From: Klebsormidium nitens
Taxonomy: Eukaryota; Plantae; Klebsormidiophyceae
DNA: 64,000 nucleotides
Direction: 5' to 3'
Assembly: GCA_000708835.1 (NCBI GenBank)
Contig: DF237031.1
Coordinates: 124,001-188,000, forward strand
In this document: positions 12,501-25,400 of the stretch, one piece after another
Position numbering within the stretch: position 1 is the first letter of the stretch
How the letters are laid out: each line of letters opens with the position of its first letter
The notes under the pieces: model-generated
What the model was told of the DNA's origin: nothing
Database searches by the model: none
Seen by the model: only the letters and a program-made list of their open reading frames with translations
Program-made: the position numbers and the translations under genes

Positions 12501-15500
12501 AACAGGCTTCGGCAAATCTATGTGGGTCTGTCAAAAGCTTACAAAACTTGCCGAAGAGTGAAACGTGTCTCAGCAGAAGACTCACCTCATCCCCGTCCTC
12601 GAAAGCGTTCAGGACGTGGAAAGCAAAGCCTGCCTGTACGTCGAACCACTTGAGCGAGTCCTGGTTCCCAAAGCGGGGAATCACGCCAACGCGCGCAAAG
12701 CTGTCGGTCTCGAAATCAATCAGCCTGCAAAGACGCAATGATTTGTTTTAAGGAAAGGACATTCTGTGATTGGCAAGCGCATCAATTTTCCTTCGTAAGC
12801 GAGGACTAGAAGCCCTAGGAATGCTGACGATCAGAACTGGAGTCAATCAACCTGAAGATACACGTTGAAGCTTTTTAGCGCCCAAGACATCTCTGATCAG
12901 TGGCACGCGATCGACTTCCGGGATTTCCAAGTACTCGACTTTCAGTTTCGAGGTAAAACCATTTGCAGGATCTTCGAAATGATCTGCATCTAAAATTCTG
13001 TGCGGGTGAGTCCCAATTCAGAACTCTGGACGGTAGTTCCGAGGGTGTTTGTTCGCGGTAATGTCAACGTTAGAATGGACGTTAGAACTTTAGCGATGTG
13101 AGCGACGGCTTGCCTTCCAAAAACCTTTGAACCATTGGTGGGGCCATCTTCAAGACCAGAAAGTAGAAGGAAAGCTGCTGCGATTTTCTTCTGCCCAAAA
13201 TTCCTAACAAGCAACACAGCGCATCCGCAGTCCACACATGTTTTGCTAGGTCTGTGTTTGTGCTAAAGTGCTGATACAACGCTTCTGTTCTGAAATAGCA
13301 GATGGGACGGAAAGGGCACAGGAGGATTCAGCCGACTCACGGCTTCCCTTCTTTCAGACGCTCCGTGCTCAAAGTCAGAGGCAGATCCAGAAACAGAGTA
13401 TACCTGCACGGAAGGAGAAAACGACGCATGTCAGATTCAGAGTAGTTTACTTAGATGCGCCTATCTGCTGATTCGCGAGGAGCTGCGGCTTTGAATTCAA
13501 AGTAGAAAACGTAAGCAGAGTCCAACTGACGCGTTGCTGGGCGTGACATTGTTTTCCGTCATTCTCCGTCATTTTCCGTCAAGATCGGACTCAGCTATGC
13601 GGCGCTGCAGCCTCGTATGGTTGTCGGTTAGGAAGCGTAACATGCAACCGTCTGCCTTGCTCGCAACGCACTGGTGACCAGCGCAATAGCCACGAGAAGA
13701 CCGACCAAGACCTAGCACCAAAGTGCATTGCAAATCAACCGGCATGTTGTTGGGGGTATTTCGAAATAGAGAAGCAGACGCAAACGTGTTCTCCTTGAAG
13801 TCACTGAGAGGAAGATATTCACGAACAAACCATGAGGTACACAAACCGAGCATAAGAACACGGACTTTTCAAGAGCCTCTGATGGCAAGATTGACATCAC
13901 CAATCAACAAGATACACAATAGTGTATAGAAGTTGCGGCTCCCAATTACTTTTCTGTGATAGCCATGTCGTGCATAAACGTCGCGCGCTCGAAGTTCAGG
14001 TCCACCTTGTGGACTATCTCTCCTTCCGCTGCACAAAGCGGAGCGGATGTCAAAAGATGCGAAGCACGTTTTTATTGAGTTGAATTAATCGCAACAAAAG
14101 GGCACTCTGTAACACAATAAACCCAAAAAACGCAGGTTGATCTAGGTTCTCGCTGATGAAGTCGTTCTGAAGCATCCAGAAGCGCAAAGCGAGTTAGAAA
14201 CTGTGGGGTCAAACACCAGAAGACGCAGTAGTCCGTGTTCCTGCAAGGGTGCTTACGTGTGCTTGACGAAGAGGCAAGCTTGTCGATTCCCCGGTGAGAG
14301 CAGCAACAAACGTGACACCAAAGCTTGGAACAGTGAATTTTTTAAGACGAAAATCCGTGGTTGCGTGGAGGCTTCGCGAGATTAAACCAGCATTGATTCT
14401 CAATCTGAAACAAAGTAAAATAGGAATCCCGGCGACATTCCGACAAAACAGAAGCTGAGTGGTGAAGAGTTGCGCTCACGAGAAAGGACACCGTAGACCG
14501 CGTGCGGCTTCGGTACGTCGAACCCAAAGAACATCATTTCGTTTGTAACGGGGTCAACTTTCGGGTGAGCGGTTACGGGGCGTTTCCAGCCCTCGAACCA
14601 CTCCGGGAAACCCTGGGTTTCGAGGTCCGGTAACGAGAAAATCGTCGGAGAGCCGCCCTCCCAAGCGGCGTACACTTTTCCGGAGTGCAGAACGACGGAC
14701 GTCTGCGGATATAAAAAGTTGTTTCAAATCAACAATTTGCGACTGAAGTTCAGCAAAATCCCGGGTTCGTTCTTAATGTTTCGGTGCAGAATCCAGTAAT
14801 CAAAATTAACCGTTGGAGAGCCGCTTTCTCAAGCGGCGGAGACCCTCCCAGCATGCAAAACGACCGCCGTCAGCAGACCGATTTTTTTTCGAACCGACAG
14901 TTGCAACTGCAACATGGATTGCTTTTGATGTACTTCTTCGGAGGTTGGAGGTTCACAATCCAGTAACGAGAAACTGATCGAAGAGCTGCCTTTAAAGCGG
15001 CGTACTCCGTCCTGGCGTGCAGAACGACGGACGTCTGCACAGAAAGGCATTCTATCAGAGGCTTTGCAACTAGAGCTGGGAAATCGTAAACTCAAACTTT
15101 GTGTGGTCTCTTTTACGACATCGGATGTTGAGAAAACCGTCGAGGGCCGCCAGCTTTTCCAACCGGCGTGCGCCTTTCCGGCATGCAGAACGACCAATGT
15201 CTGCAGACGAACGTCTTGCAACTAGAGGTGGGGGGGACATTGAATCAGCAGATATTGGGAGGGATTCGTGTCAGGATTTTGCACCAAGGAATTCGTAATT
15301 TTGCGCATGCTATGACGGATGGCAGCAGAAATGGATGCCCTGTTTCAACCGAACATGTGCAAGAGTAGTTGGGAGCTACAGTTGTGCTACTTTTGTAGCG
15401 ACTTCAGGAGAGTTGTTGTGGCACAGCTTTACCAATTAGCGCAGCGGCTTTCGAGAGGGGAAATCCACGTCTACAGATCCTAGAGCACCGGACCAGTTCG

Positions 15501-18329
15501 CCATGAGGCTAAGAACCACGATCGGTATCATACCTGACCATTCATATGGTGGGGTATCCGGTTACTAAAAATTCGTTTGGGGGCCCAGCCTGGAAATGAC
15601 AAAGGTCTACAGGGAGGACGTTCCATACGATTGCTGAAATGGTCAGCAGCAAGGTTGTATTGTAAGGAAAGGAAACAGAAAGGGGAAGACAAAAACCAGG
15701 TATCTTGAAGTCAAATATAAGTAAGTTTGCAGTTTCCAAGGGTTCGTATGTGCCGCGAATCTCTTGGCTCAATGGTTTGCTAATTGAGTGCTCTTGATCA
15801 GAACGTCAGTGTGTGTGAGCTCACGTTCGCTGTGTTCTTGTTTCCGGCCCCGAACCGCGCCTGGTTCAGCAGCGCGTTTGCGATCAGCGTGCCTTGATCG
15901 CAGTCCACGGTCCCCAGAAACAGCGGCCGCCCCCTCTCCTTCTCAAGCCTCAACCCCGGTGTGTCAAGGTACTTGTTCTTGTAGAAGACCGCTTGTTCTT
16001 CGCTATCGTTCTTTTCGAATGACGTGGCATGGAGCATCCCGTCACCTTCGAACCAGTGATGGGCCGTGCGCCCCAAGGGGCTTTTGAGAGTGCGCTGTGG
16101 GAAGTAGGGGTTGGGACCTGCGAACCAGCGGTCGAGTCTTCATTGATCCTCCCTGAGTTGTCCACATCCTTAGCCGACTATCATTCTGGCAGCTTGTTAA
16201 TGTGAATCTTAATGACGATCCACACATTTGAGAATGGGAAGGGTAGTTTCGAGACACTAGAATGGACCATGAAATGCTTTTACCAAGGTGGATGAAAGTT
16301 CTGTCTTCTGCAATCAGGCCAATGATTGATCCACCTAGCCACTCTTGCTGACTTTGAATTCAGAATGCTCCTGATCCGACGTTGGAGAGAGAGGGTCAAT
16401 AAAAGTAGTATGTTGTGGCCAAGCGAGGCACTTTTCTTCCATAGCAATAACATAAGCTGGTCAGGCAGACCTTAAGCAGAGTGTAAGAGATCAAAAACCT
16501 GTCCGGCCAAGAATGAGGAAGGTAGTATATTAACCCAGGCTAGCCAACTCTCATGACCGTGACAAAAAAGCAGTTTCACCTGTTTCTGACATCGCCCTTT
16601 TGCTCTTCCAGAAAGCTCTTCAGCGCTTAGCAGTCCGTACAAGTAACAAAGAACAGACCTTAACCTCTAGAAGCAGATGACCTGTCAAGTCCTCAGAGTT
16701 AGTTGGAAAAGCGCATCATGCTGACGGCATCAATCACCGCGTAATTGGAGCACTTAATGGGGACCGGTTGCCTTCAACTGAGAACTGACATTGACTTCGG
16801 TGTCCGTGCTGTCTTTGTTGCACACTATGAGCTTTTCACTTACCGACTCGCACATACGCCCCTGCAGGGAAGTCGGCCGGAATTGCACCCTCAATCACGT
16901 CCACCCTTGCTCGCTTGCCGATCTCATTCACAGGCGCAAAGTTCCCCTCCAAAATGGGGTTAGTCTCTTCCACTGGTTTGTACAGTAGACCGATCAGGTT
17001 TGACACTGCCCTCTCGCTAACCGACCCCACTAAGCCTGCTATGCCCCCGCCCTTTTCCGGAGGCTTCCCGCCCACATTGAATGCTTTTCCGACCTTGTCC
17101 TTCTCCTGTAAGTCGCTTCCGGTCGACGTTGTGGTTACGGACTCTACTGGACGGTCTAGAAGAGCGGTTCCAGTTGTGGTTGGGGGTTGGTTAGGGCTAA
17201 CTTCATCGCCATGACTTTGAGCACGAATTGCAAAGCGTCTCTGCACTCTTGGACAACGACTTTCTCTGATTCTTCCATTGGGACTGCTCTGTAAAGCTGA
17301 GGCTGTGGGGAGGAATGTGGAGGCGAATGCTGCTCCTCGTAGATGACAGGGCACGAGCGCTGATGTCAGCGAGAAGTGAGGCTGGTGACTATGTGTCTGC
17401 TGGGGACAGTGTGTGCTTCTGCTGACAGACAGAGCTGCAATGGAACCGAGTAAGAGTATGAGCTGGTAGATCAGCTGTGGTACTTTTCTGTACCCTTCAA
17501 CCTTGATGACTAACCTCAAATCAAACCAACCTCAAATCAATCTCAAACCAACCATCTAATCAAACCAACCTCAAATTAGCTACAGGCAGGCAGGCAGACC
17601 AGGACACAAAAAGCGTGAATTTTGGATCTAGCGCTAACTTTGAGAAGATTGGATGAAGACTTTGATGATTCTTGACGAAGCAAGACAACTTTCATTAGAA
17701 TAAGAGGCCAACTGAAGCCGCCCTAGCAAAGAAGTCCACGTGTTGTGATCTGCCCAAGGTCATCAGACTTGGATCTAGTTCACAGCAACTTGTTATGATG
17801 TCTAGGTCAGCCTACTTCTCCCAAATGCAGCGTTTTGTGATCGATATAGACTGAATTTTGCTAAAACCCCCAAAAGACAAAACCTCAGGAACAGCAGACG
17901 CATCATTGATGGAGAACACTTTGATAGAAAACTACAACCTCTTTAACAACAAAGAAAACCGGTATGGCGATGTTGGCAGACACAGAAGACATGTCAGGAC
18001 ACGATGTAAAGGGAAGAACTATGACTCCCAGGCTTTGCATGCGAAATAGCGATGACCACCACTTGTATCTCAAAAGAAGATGCAAAAAGCAGCTCATCAA
18101 GCTAAAAACTGACGTAGTAAAGCAGAACGAAGGGGTAGGTCTGGAGGTCAGAATGCTAGGGACAGTTCACCCGTGCTGTCCACCAACAACTTACTAGGAA
18201 GAGAGGCCAAGACACTCATCGATGGGCATCGTAGTAACATACCGGCAGTTTGCAAAGTCCTCTGATCAGATCTGCATGTAAATGCTTCAGCTGCTCACCT
18301 TGAGAGCTGATGCAAGCAGACGAAGCCAT
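9547..18329 (-). CDS. Carotenoid cleavage dioxygenase (RPE65/CCD family, CCD-like clade), plastid transit peptide, 11 exons, ~681 aa
   Basis: Exons 18329-18299, 17434-16844, 16117-15825, 14702-14480, 14028-13950, 13403-13341, 12724-12586, 12037-11725, 11256-11204, 10492-10340 and 9654-9547 total 2046 nt with consistent phases. Motifs: [24 protein letters not shown], the four Fe-binding His ([23 protein letters not shown]), GGEPVFVPR and EDDGWLV. The N-terminus MASSAC.. is Ser/Ala/Arg-rich like a transit peptide. Exon 1 is less certain than the rest. Confidence 0.92.
10040..10295 (-). repeat. Degenerate tandem copies of the CCD exon-10 3' end plus donor in intron 10
   Basis: 10210-10290 (tgaagtcccctccgactcattggtgttctcgtcgcagacacacgtcaccagcctgccatcggcctcgtcctttcccccggg) aligns with 10331-10412 (tgaacttacttccgactcgttggtgttctcgtcatagacatacgtcaccagccagccgtcatcttcgtcctttcccccggg) at offset 121. 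Weaker fragments lie at ~10045-10082 and ~10125-10160. Confidence 0.85.
14791..15210 (-). repeat. Three degenerate tandem copies of the CCD exon-4 acceptor plus 5' end in intron 3
   Basis: Copies at 14791-14878, 14958-15045 and 15121-15208 of 14625-14710, with junction offsets 168, 164 and 166 nt. The 22-mer gtgcagaacgacggacgtctgc is identical at 14685-14706 and 15017-15038. Confidence 0.92.
17512..17578. repeat. Short degenerate minisatellite (aacctcaaatc/aaacc units) in CCD intron 1
   Basis: aacctcaaatcaaaccaacctcaaatcaatctcaaaccaaccatctaatcaaaccaacctcaaatt. Confidence 0.7.
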
Positions 18330-19491
18330 GGTTCGAAAACCTGATCGAACAGCTTGTTCGGAAAGCGGGTTGAGCTGCTATTGCGGTCGGAGATACTCGA
18401 TTTGTAGATATTTCAAGAAGCTTTCAGCTGCTTCCAGCAGAGGGGATGCTGAGATGCTGGAAAGACGGCGCCGCCAGCCAATGAAGACAAACTGAGAAAG
18501 TTTGGCAGCACAGCAACAGCAATAGCTTTTGAAGACTCAAAGAGCATGGATGACGTCTTACATTACGGGGGCGGTCGGGTCTCGGCTCTTCGGAACGTCA
18601 GCACCGGTCGCCTTTCTGCGGGCGTTTTGAGAACCCGGGGGGTATTCTTTCCGGCCCGGCGCGTCGGCACAAGGTAGAGCAGTCAGCTCTGTGACGTCAT
18701 GCCGACTTGTGATTATGTGGAGTCAGCCAGCAGCACCTAAATGAAAATTTAGGATGCCTCAAGAAGGCCCTTTCGTATCGAAAAACAAGGAAGTGAACGT
18801 CAGCCGTCTACGGAACCGATTTCCTCTTTAGTCGACGCTTCGGGAATGATTGGAGCTTCCATCGTCGATCTGTTAGCAAAGCCGACACGCCGCCGTCAAA
18901 ATGAGTTTCTTGGTCGGTTCGACAAAAATCGTTCGAACCCCAAAATACCGGTGATCATTGTTCTGCATGATGAAGGGGCAGGCCCCTCTGCCAGGAAAAA
19001 GAACTTCACGACGATTTGTTCAATGGGGACATTTGCCTTGTCTTCGCTGCTATCGCAGGGGGCGCATCTGGTTGGAAGGAGGAAGGATTGCGGGCTTGGG
19101 GAAGAGACGTCTGTTTTCTTTTTGCAAAGAGGCCGAGAGAAAGGTCAGAGGGCAGAGTATGGTGAAACAAGCAACGGACGTCCAAGCGGAATGCTTTTTA
19201 CCTAACGTGTTCAATGGAACGGGTTATAACCGACAATTGATCCACAGGAAGCGAACGTGAGTGCATAAGACGTTCGACATGTAACTACCAAACATATGGC
19301 TGCTCTACGAAGAATGCAGTGACGTCTTACAACGTGCTCTCTACAGGAGAAGTCACAGGTCACCAGCAGCCTTACAGACCACGAATAACACCCTTCGCTC
19401 AACACCATCAAAGATAGACTCCTTCCATTCATCAAAGCACCACTCTCATCTTACCTTGAGAAGCAGCAAAACAAACAGAAGCAGCAAGCTG
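18330..19491. promoter_or_regulatory. Divergent (head-to-head) promoter/5' UTR region shared by CCD and MED14
   Basis: The CCD ATG (-) at 18329 and the MED14 ATG (+) at 19492 face away from each other. A CpG-rich stretch lies at ~18565-18700 and a candidate minus-strand 5' UTR donor (gtaag) at 18561-18557. Confidence 0.45.
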
Positions 19492-22400
19492 ATGGGTATG
19501 GCAGCTCCGGCAGGGGTCCCGACCGGGCCCCCCGAACCACCCCCCCAAAAACACGAACCGGTGCCTTTAGCACAACTGGTTCAGAGAACCACCTCCGAAG
19601 CCTATACCGGCATTCAGGATCTTTGCAAGTCCCTTCCTGGGCGGGGGGAGAAGGAACGCAAGCTGGCACTGCTGAAGTATCTAGTGCGAACTAGACAGAG
19701 GCTGCTGCGGTTGCATGTGCTGGCAGAATGGGCAAAGACGGTGAGCGACCCTCTTTGCAGAATGTCTATGTTTTCTATGTTTCTATGCCTTGTAATTTTC
19801 ACGCAGCAGTAATGGCCTTTAACAACCCCATTTTCTAATGTTGGTTGCCTGTTTGATTCCCTTGCGCTCTGTTGAAAGTGATTCTTTTGTGTTATGCTAA
19901 CTTTTATTCAGGCCAATTCGTTCAGCGCGTGTGCTACTGCAAAGTGCATCACTTGTTTCGATGTATTGAAGCACAGTGGTGGTGGCACGAGAATGCATTA
20001 GGAACAGATTGAGCATTCCTCATTATTTCCGTGTGCATTAACCGATCAGAGCTAACCAAGTCAGGGTTATCAACCGTGACTGAACCACTTTCGAGTTGCT
20101 TGTTGAGTCGCCCCTGAAAGGTACTGTGGCAGCCATATGCTCTTGGGTAGAGTTCGTCATGACCGTTTCAATTGACGCAAACCAGCTTTTTTAGAAAAGT
20201 GCCTATTGCTACGTCAAACGACGTCTATACTTTATGAGGTGGGAACGTGTGAACTGTTGACTGGTTCTTTGCGCCGCTCTAAAAGCGAATGTGTGCAGTG
20301 CTCGATTTTAGGATCACAAAGGAAAGAAATCATGCATGGTAAAAGTTTGATCATCGAACAGGGATGCTTGCTTGCTAAACTTCAGTGGACATTGTAATCG
20401 ACGGCTCACGTTCTGCACCACCAGAAACACTTAGATCAGCCATTAAACTGACGGCGAATTGACACAGAACTGGTCTGTCTGATGATGCTCACTGCGAATA
20501 CTGGGTTGTCTGATGTCCTTATTGTGAGGATTTGTATGTGCCCCGAGGACACCTCTCTAATCCTTCTGCTCATGATGAGGTATTGATGGTCCATCAGCTT
20601 ATAAAAGGGTGTGCGCTGGGACTAAAGTTCCCCAATCCGACTTGCAGAACCCCTCTGTTCGTGCGCTTGTGATTCCTGCGGTTATTTATAACAGCCAGCA
20701 GACTTTTTTGCGTTGGGCACTTCTTCTGCACTCTTTCTTCTCAAGCGTTGGGCCACTTCTTACTGCACTCTTTCTTTTCAAAACTTGCTCCACTTGTTTG
20801 TTTTACTGCTTGCAGCAAGCGCCTCTGATGTCGCGGGGCCAGCAGCTCTCGGGTACTCTGGAGTGGCACGACACGAGCCTCCGGGACGCAGCGGATCAAC
20901 TCTTCTTTCTGCATGCACAGCTCAGACAGGTAACAGAAGTGTTCTGCTTTTTCACCACATCCCCGCTTCCATTTAAAAAGGCCGGGACACTGTTCCTGTC
21001 TTCTCGTAGTGCTTCTGTGAACCGTAACCTCACTTCCTGTCCGGACGTAGTATTTCACAGAGAAGCAAGGTTTGATTCAGCGGACGGAAGAACAAACGAT
21101 GATGCCTGCCTTCTGCTTTGTTCACAAGATCTCCCCTGACGATTTCTGATTATCGATAACCGTTTGACCATCGGACTAAATGGTGATGTTGTCCCTAGCC
21201 CTTTCTCCGTTCCCTCTTGCCGGGCCCCCTTTCAGTCTGTCCGGTTTTGTTCGTTAGAGGGGTTTGCCTTAATCGGACTCCTGGTGGTGACGAGACCCTT
21301 GACTCTGTTTTTGCAGGCCCGCGCCCCCATCTATGACGTCACCACAGCGGTCGAAGTCCTCACTACCGGATCGTATTCACGCCTGCCCATCGTCATCCAA
21401 GATCTGCGGCCCCCTCCCACCTTGGTTCCCTCAGAACAAGCTTCCGCCCTCTCCAAAGCGGACCGAGCGATTCACGCCCGGTTGCTGGAGTGTGAATTGC
21501 CCCCCCAACTAACGGACATCCGCGTGTCTGATGGCGCCGTCCGAATGCGGGTTAAGGACGAGTTTGAGGTGCGGTTAACCCTAGGTCACGAGGGAGACCT
21601 GTCGAAGTGGCGGGTTTTGTGGCTCGCTTTAGGGAGCGAAGCAGAGGGGCGGGTTACCAAAGACGGATCAGAAGATCAGGGTTTCGGGGAAAAGACGAGA
21701 GGGGTTAGGGGGGGAGGGTCAAGGGGCCTGACCGAGGGTCAGAGGCGGGCGCTCGCTGCCGAAGTGGAGCGGAGAATGGGGTTAGCTGCAGAACCGCTGC
21801 ACGAGATGTACCGGGTTCTGCACGAGTTAGCTGCTAACCTGCTCTTAGACTCGGTCTTCCGTCAGGCGCAGGTGCTGAAACAGGGCACGTGGAGGGACGT
21901 TATTCGGTTGCATTTCGAGAAGGGGGATGCGGGGAGCGTGCATCGGTCTCTAAAAATCGAGTATTGGGATCGACGCAGTCCAGGCGGTGTAAACACGCTC
22001 CAGAGCGGGTCTGCCTCAGTCGAGCCATTCCGCCCCAGCCCCTCTTCACACCTGACCCCGCAACTCGACCAGCCGCTTCGTGGGGAAACGCCGGTCTCCG
22101 GGGGGAAGAATTGGGCGCTGAAAGGTCCCCCCAGCTTGAGAATCGAGCTCGACGACGAAGGCCACGTGGCTTGCTCGCATTGGCCGGTGGTGGTCGATCC
22201 AGAATCCGAGGAGAGCGCGCTCTTTTCAGTGGCGCAACATGGGGGTAGTCTAGAGGAGCTTCTGAGGAAAGCGTTAGCGTGCAGTGCGCATTCCCGGTTA
22301 CTCGAGTTAGAGGAGATTGTCAACAAGGAGCCGTTGGTGAGGTGTAAGCGGAGTTTCCGAGAAGGGGGGGTGGCATTCGGGAGTCTGGACGAGGGGAGGG

Positions 22401-25400
22401 CGGAGGAAGAGGAAAACCAGGAGGGGGCGGAGAAACTGTGGGTTCAAGTGTATGGGAGCGTCGGAGCTGGAGTGGAGGTGAACCGAAGGTAAGGAAGGAT
22501 TTGCTGTTCCCCGTGTCCAAAAACTACTTTCGATGTTCGAAGCTCTTGGCTGGGAAAGCAGGCTGGAGTAAGTCGTACTTTGACGCCAACCGTACTCAGA
22601 TTCCAAGGAAGCCTGGCTGAGGAGAGCCGAAACGTTCTTTCTCATGAGCGATGAGTTTACCACCTCCTGCGGCATCAGCAACTTCTGTACGATTCACATT
22701 CCAATCCTAGAAGTGAGTGTACTCACTTTGGGATCTTCTCTTTCTCTTCATAAACGGCGTAGCTGTGCGATAAGTCTCTCCTGATCTTTTCTAATACCCA
22801 AGTTGCAAGAGGAAGTAAGTCTTTTTGGTGTTTGCCTTGGAGCTTTATTCCAGTTATAGCGAAAGCGAAGAAAAATTTGGCTGCAGGTCTGATATTCAGA
22901 ACTCTGGTTCAAGCGTGACGAAACCGCCGTTTGGACCCTCTTCCAACCCGCCATACGCTATGCAGATTTTTTTGTTTGCGTCCAGATGACGCCTTTCTAC
23001 GTTTCTTTGAGCAGGACAGGTCGGTTTGTGCTGCAACAACCGGTAGTTTGGTGTTCCGACCTTTCGCTGAAGCACTAGGGGCTAGCCTCTTGACCCGCTT
23101 GTGAACCCTGAGCGCTCCATAGACGAGTCTAGTACTTGGTCTAGCGTCCTAGGATTTAGAGGGGTGGTTTGGATTTGAGCATATCTGCGTTTTCTCTGAG
23201 CAGGAGCGGTCGGTTTGTGCTGCGACAACCGGTGGGTCTGGTTCCGGATTCCCTGCTGAGGCAACTAGAGGAGCGGCTGAACAGCGGCGGGGATGCGCCG
23301 GGGTCCCTGTTTCTGGAGCTGCGGAAGGCGGCGCTGTTGCGCCTGTTTCGGAGCATGGCCGTGGAGATGGAACTAGAGGTGAGAGGGTTTGTTTGTAAAT
23401 CTGACCCGAAAAAGGGTGGTCGTTTGCAACGGAATCGACTGAGCTCGAAATATGATGATACAACTGTTGTTGTCGAGGCGGGTAGTTTTGTGGTGGCTTT
23501 CATGGGCGCCTGAGTATCCCTCTCCTGCGGTGGCTTATGGTCAGCAATGGACCAGAACAAAGATTTCAGATCACGTGTTCCTTTCTCTTCACCTCGGAGT
23601 TCTTCGCTCTGCAGAGCCTCAATCGAAGAGACCTGTAACTCCAGTCAAATAGTGCCTCTCAGGCTGATTCAACTCTCCGGTTTGTGATACAATCACTCGC
23701 TTCTCTGCAGTGCCCAACCTTTCGGACATACTCAGCCCCAGCTTTGACAGACAAAATGATGCAGTTTTTATATCCGATCAGAAATACATCTGTTCCCTCA
23801 CACTTTCAGACCGCCATGCGGCCAGGAGTGACCGCTCTCGGCATCCCCAAAGATGGCTCATCGCTCCCACACGACTTCCTTCTCTGCTGTATTGCTGACG
23901 TATCTGGTCAAACCAAGAAATGAACCATCTTCTACCCTCTTCTTCAACATTCTCCTACAGCTATACGCCCATGAGGTGCCTGCTCTCGACATCTCCGAGG
24001 ACGGCCCGTTGCTCTCACTCGACTCCCTTCTCTGCTCTTTTTCAGACGAATTGGATCGAATTCAAAAACGATTCGTGTACCAAACCTTCTCTTCCTGCAT
24101 CTTTTCAAGACTAAACGCCCATGGAGTGGCTGCTCTAGGATACCCGAAGCTGGCCCGTCGCCGCACCCCGGCTCGTTTGTCTGCTCTTTTCCGACAAATT
24201 GATTCAGATCCAGAATCTCCTCCTGTTCTAACCTGTTCTTCTACATTTTCTTACAGCCGTACGCCCACGGAGTGGCCGCTCTCGACACCCCTGAAGACGG
24301 CCCGTCGCTTCCGCCCGACACTCTTCTCTGCTCGTTTCCCGGCGTCCTGGAAGGTTTCTCTTTCTTCCTGGCAATCAGCTTCGACGATTTCTGCATCCCC
24401 TTCTTTACTCTCCTCGCTTCAGACGAGAGGGACGATGACTCAGCGAGCGACAGGTCTGAACCAGGGGTTAGTGGGCCAATCAGCGGGCTGGTTAAAGGGC
24501 CCGTTAGTGGGGCGCTCAGTGGGGCGCTCAGTGCGGCCGTCAGCGGAGGAGTCAGTGCGTCACTTACCGACCGGATCGCGGGTGCTGTGGGCGCAGGGTC
24601 GGGGATGGGTTTGGCGGCGGTTAGCAGGGCGGTTAGGCGGTCGTTTGCAGTCCGACCACAGGTTACTAAGTGGATGGAACTGGGGGTTGGGGAGAAGGTT
24701 ATTGATGACGGCGATTCAGAGGCCTTGTTGCTGGGATGGGGGTCTGAGAGTGAACGGGCGGCGATGGTTGAAGAAGAGGAGAAGCTCAGAAAACGGGTCG
24801 AGTTGGAGCGGGCAGAAGCGGAAACGCAGGTTCAGACAGGGTTAACCTCGGTTAGTTTGGGGGCAGGCTGGAAGGAACAGAGCACGGGGAGTCTGCTCGG
24901 GGCAAAGAGTAAGGAACGGTCGGAAGACCCTCTCGGGCTGCTGAAAGAGTGGCCAGATTCTGTGGATCTGGATACGGATTGGACCGAGGCGCCGGAAGCG
25001 CTGGGGGGCTCGGGCGCTCCACCACTGTCGACCACCTTGGGGGGTTCCGTTCCCCACGAAGAGAAGCCCCCCGAAAGCGCGGGCGCAAGCACGGAAGCCG
25101 CGTCTGGGGCAAATGCGTCTGGTGTGAACACGGCCAGTGTGAGCGCCCCTACCGTGAAAGCTTCTGGGGGGCCGAGGTTTGAGCGGTCCTTGACGATGGA
25201 CATGGTCGAGGGTTTGCTCGACATGCTCGGGGATGAGGAGGAGGAAACGAAGACGGAGACTGCTAACCTGACGGGGGTTAGCGATAACCTGCCCGGGGCT
25301 AGTGCTGACTTGGCAGAGGGTGCTGAGGGTTTGGAGGTTTGGGAGGGAACAACCGGGGGTGAAGAAACAGAGGCGGTTGGGAACGGGGACGGGGGGACTG

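Noticed and set aside
14791-15210. Regularly spaced repeats as a CRISPR array (also 23801-24195)
   Set aside because: The units are degenerate, include homologous 'spacer' parts, match the adjacent exon, lie in eukaryotic introns, and no cas genes are present.
17435-17519. CCD start at 17519 as given by the ORF track
   Set aside because: The codon is TTG. A strong acceptor (cattgcag) at 17435-6 and a phase-matching 31-nt ATG exon at 18329-18299 give a better model.
3949-18329. GDPD plus CCD-like as a phosphate-starvation gene cluster
   Set aside because: The genes are convergent, I saw no P1BS (GNATATNC) site near either start, and adjacency alone is not evidence.
18905-18935. gttcgaaccc T-loop-like motif as a tRNA
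   Set aside because: No acceptor stem, D-arm or anticodon arm could be built around it. No tRNA or rRNA was found anywhere in the window.
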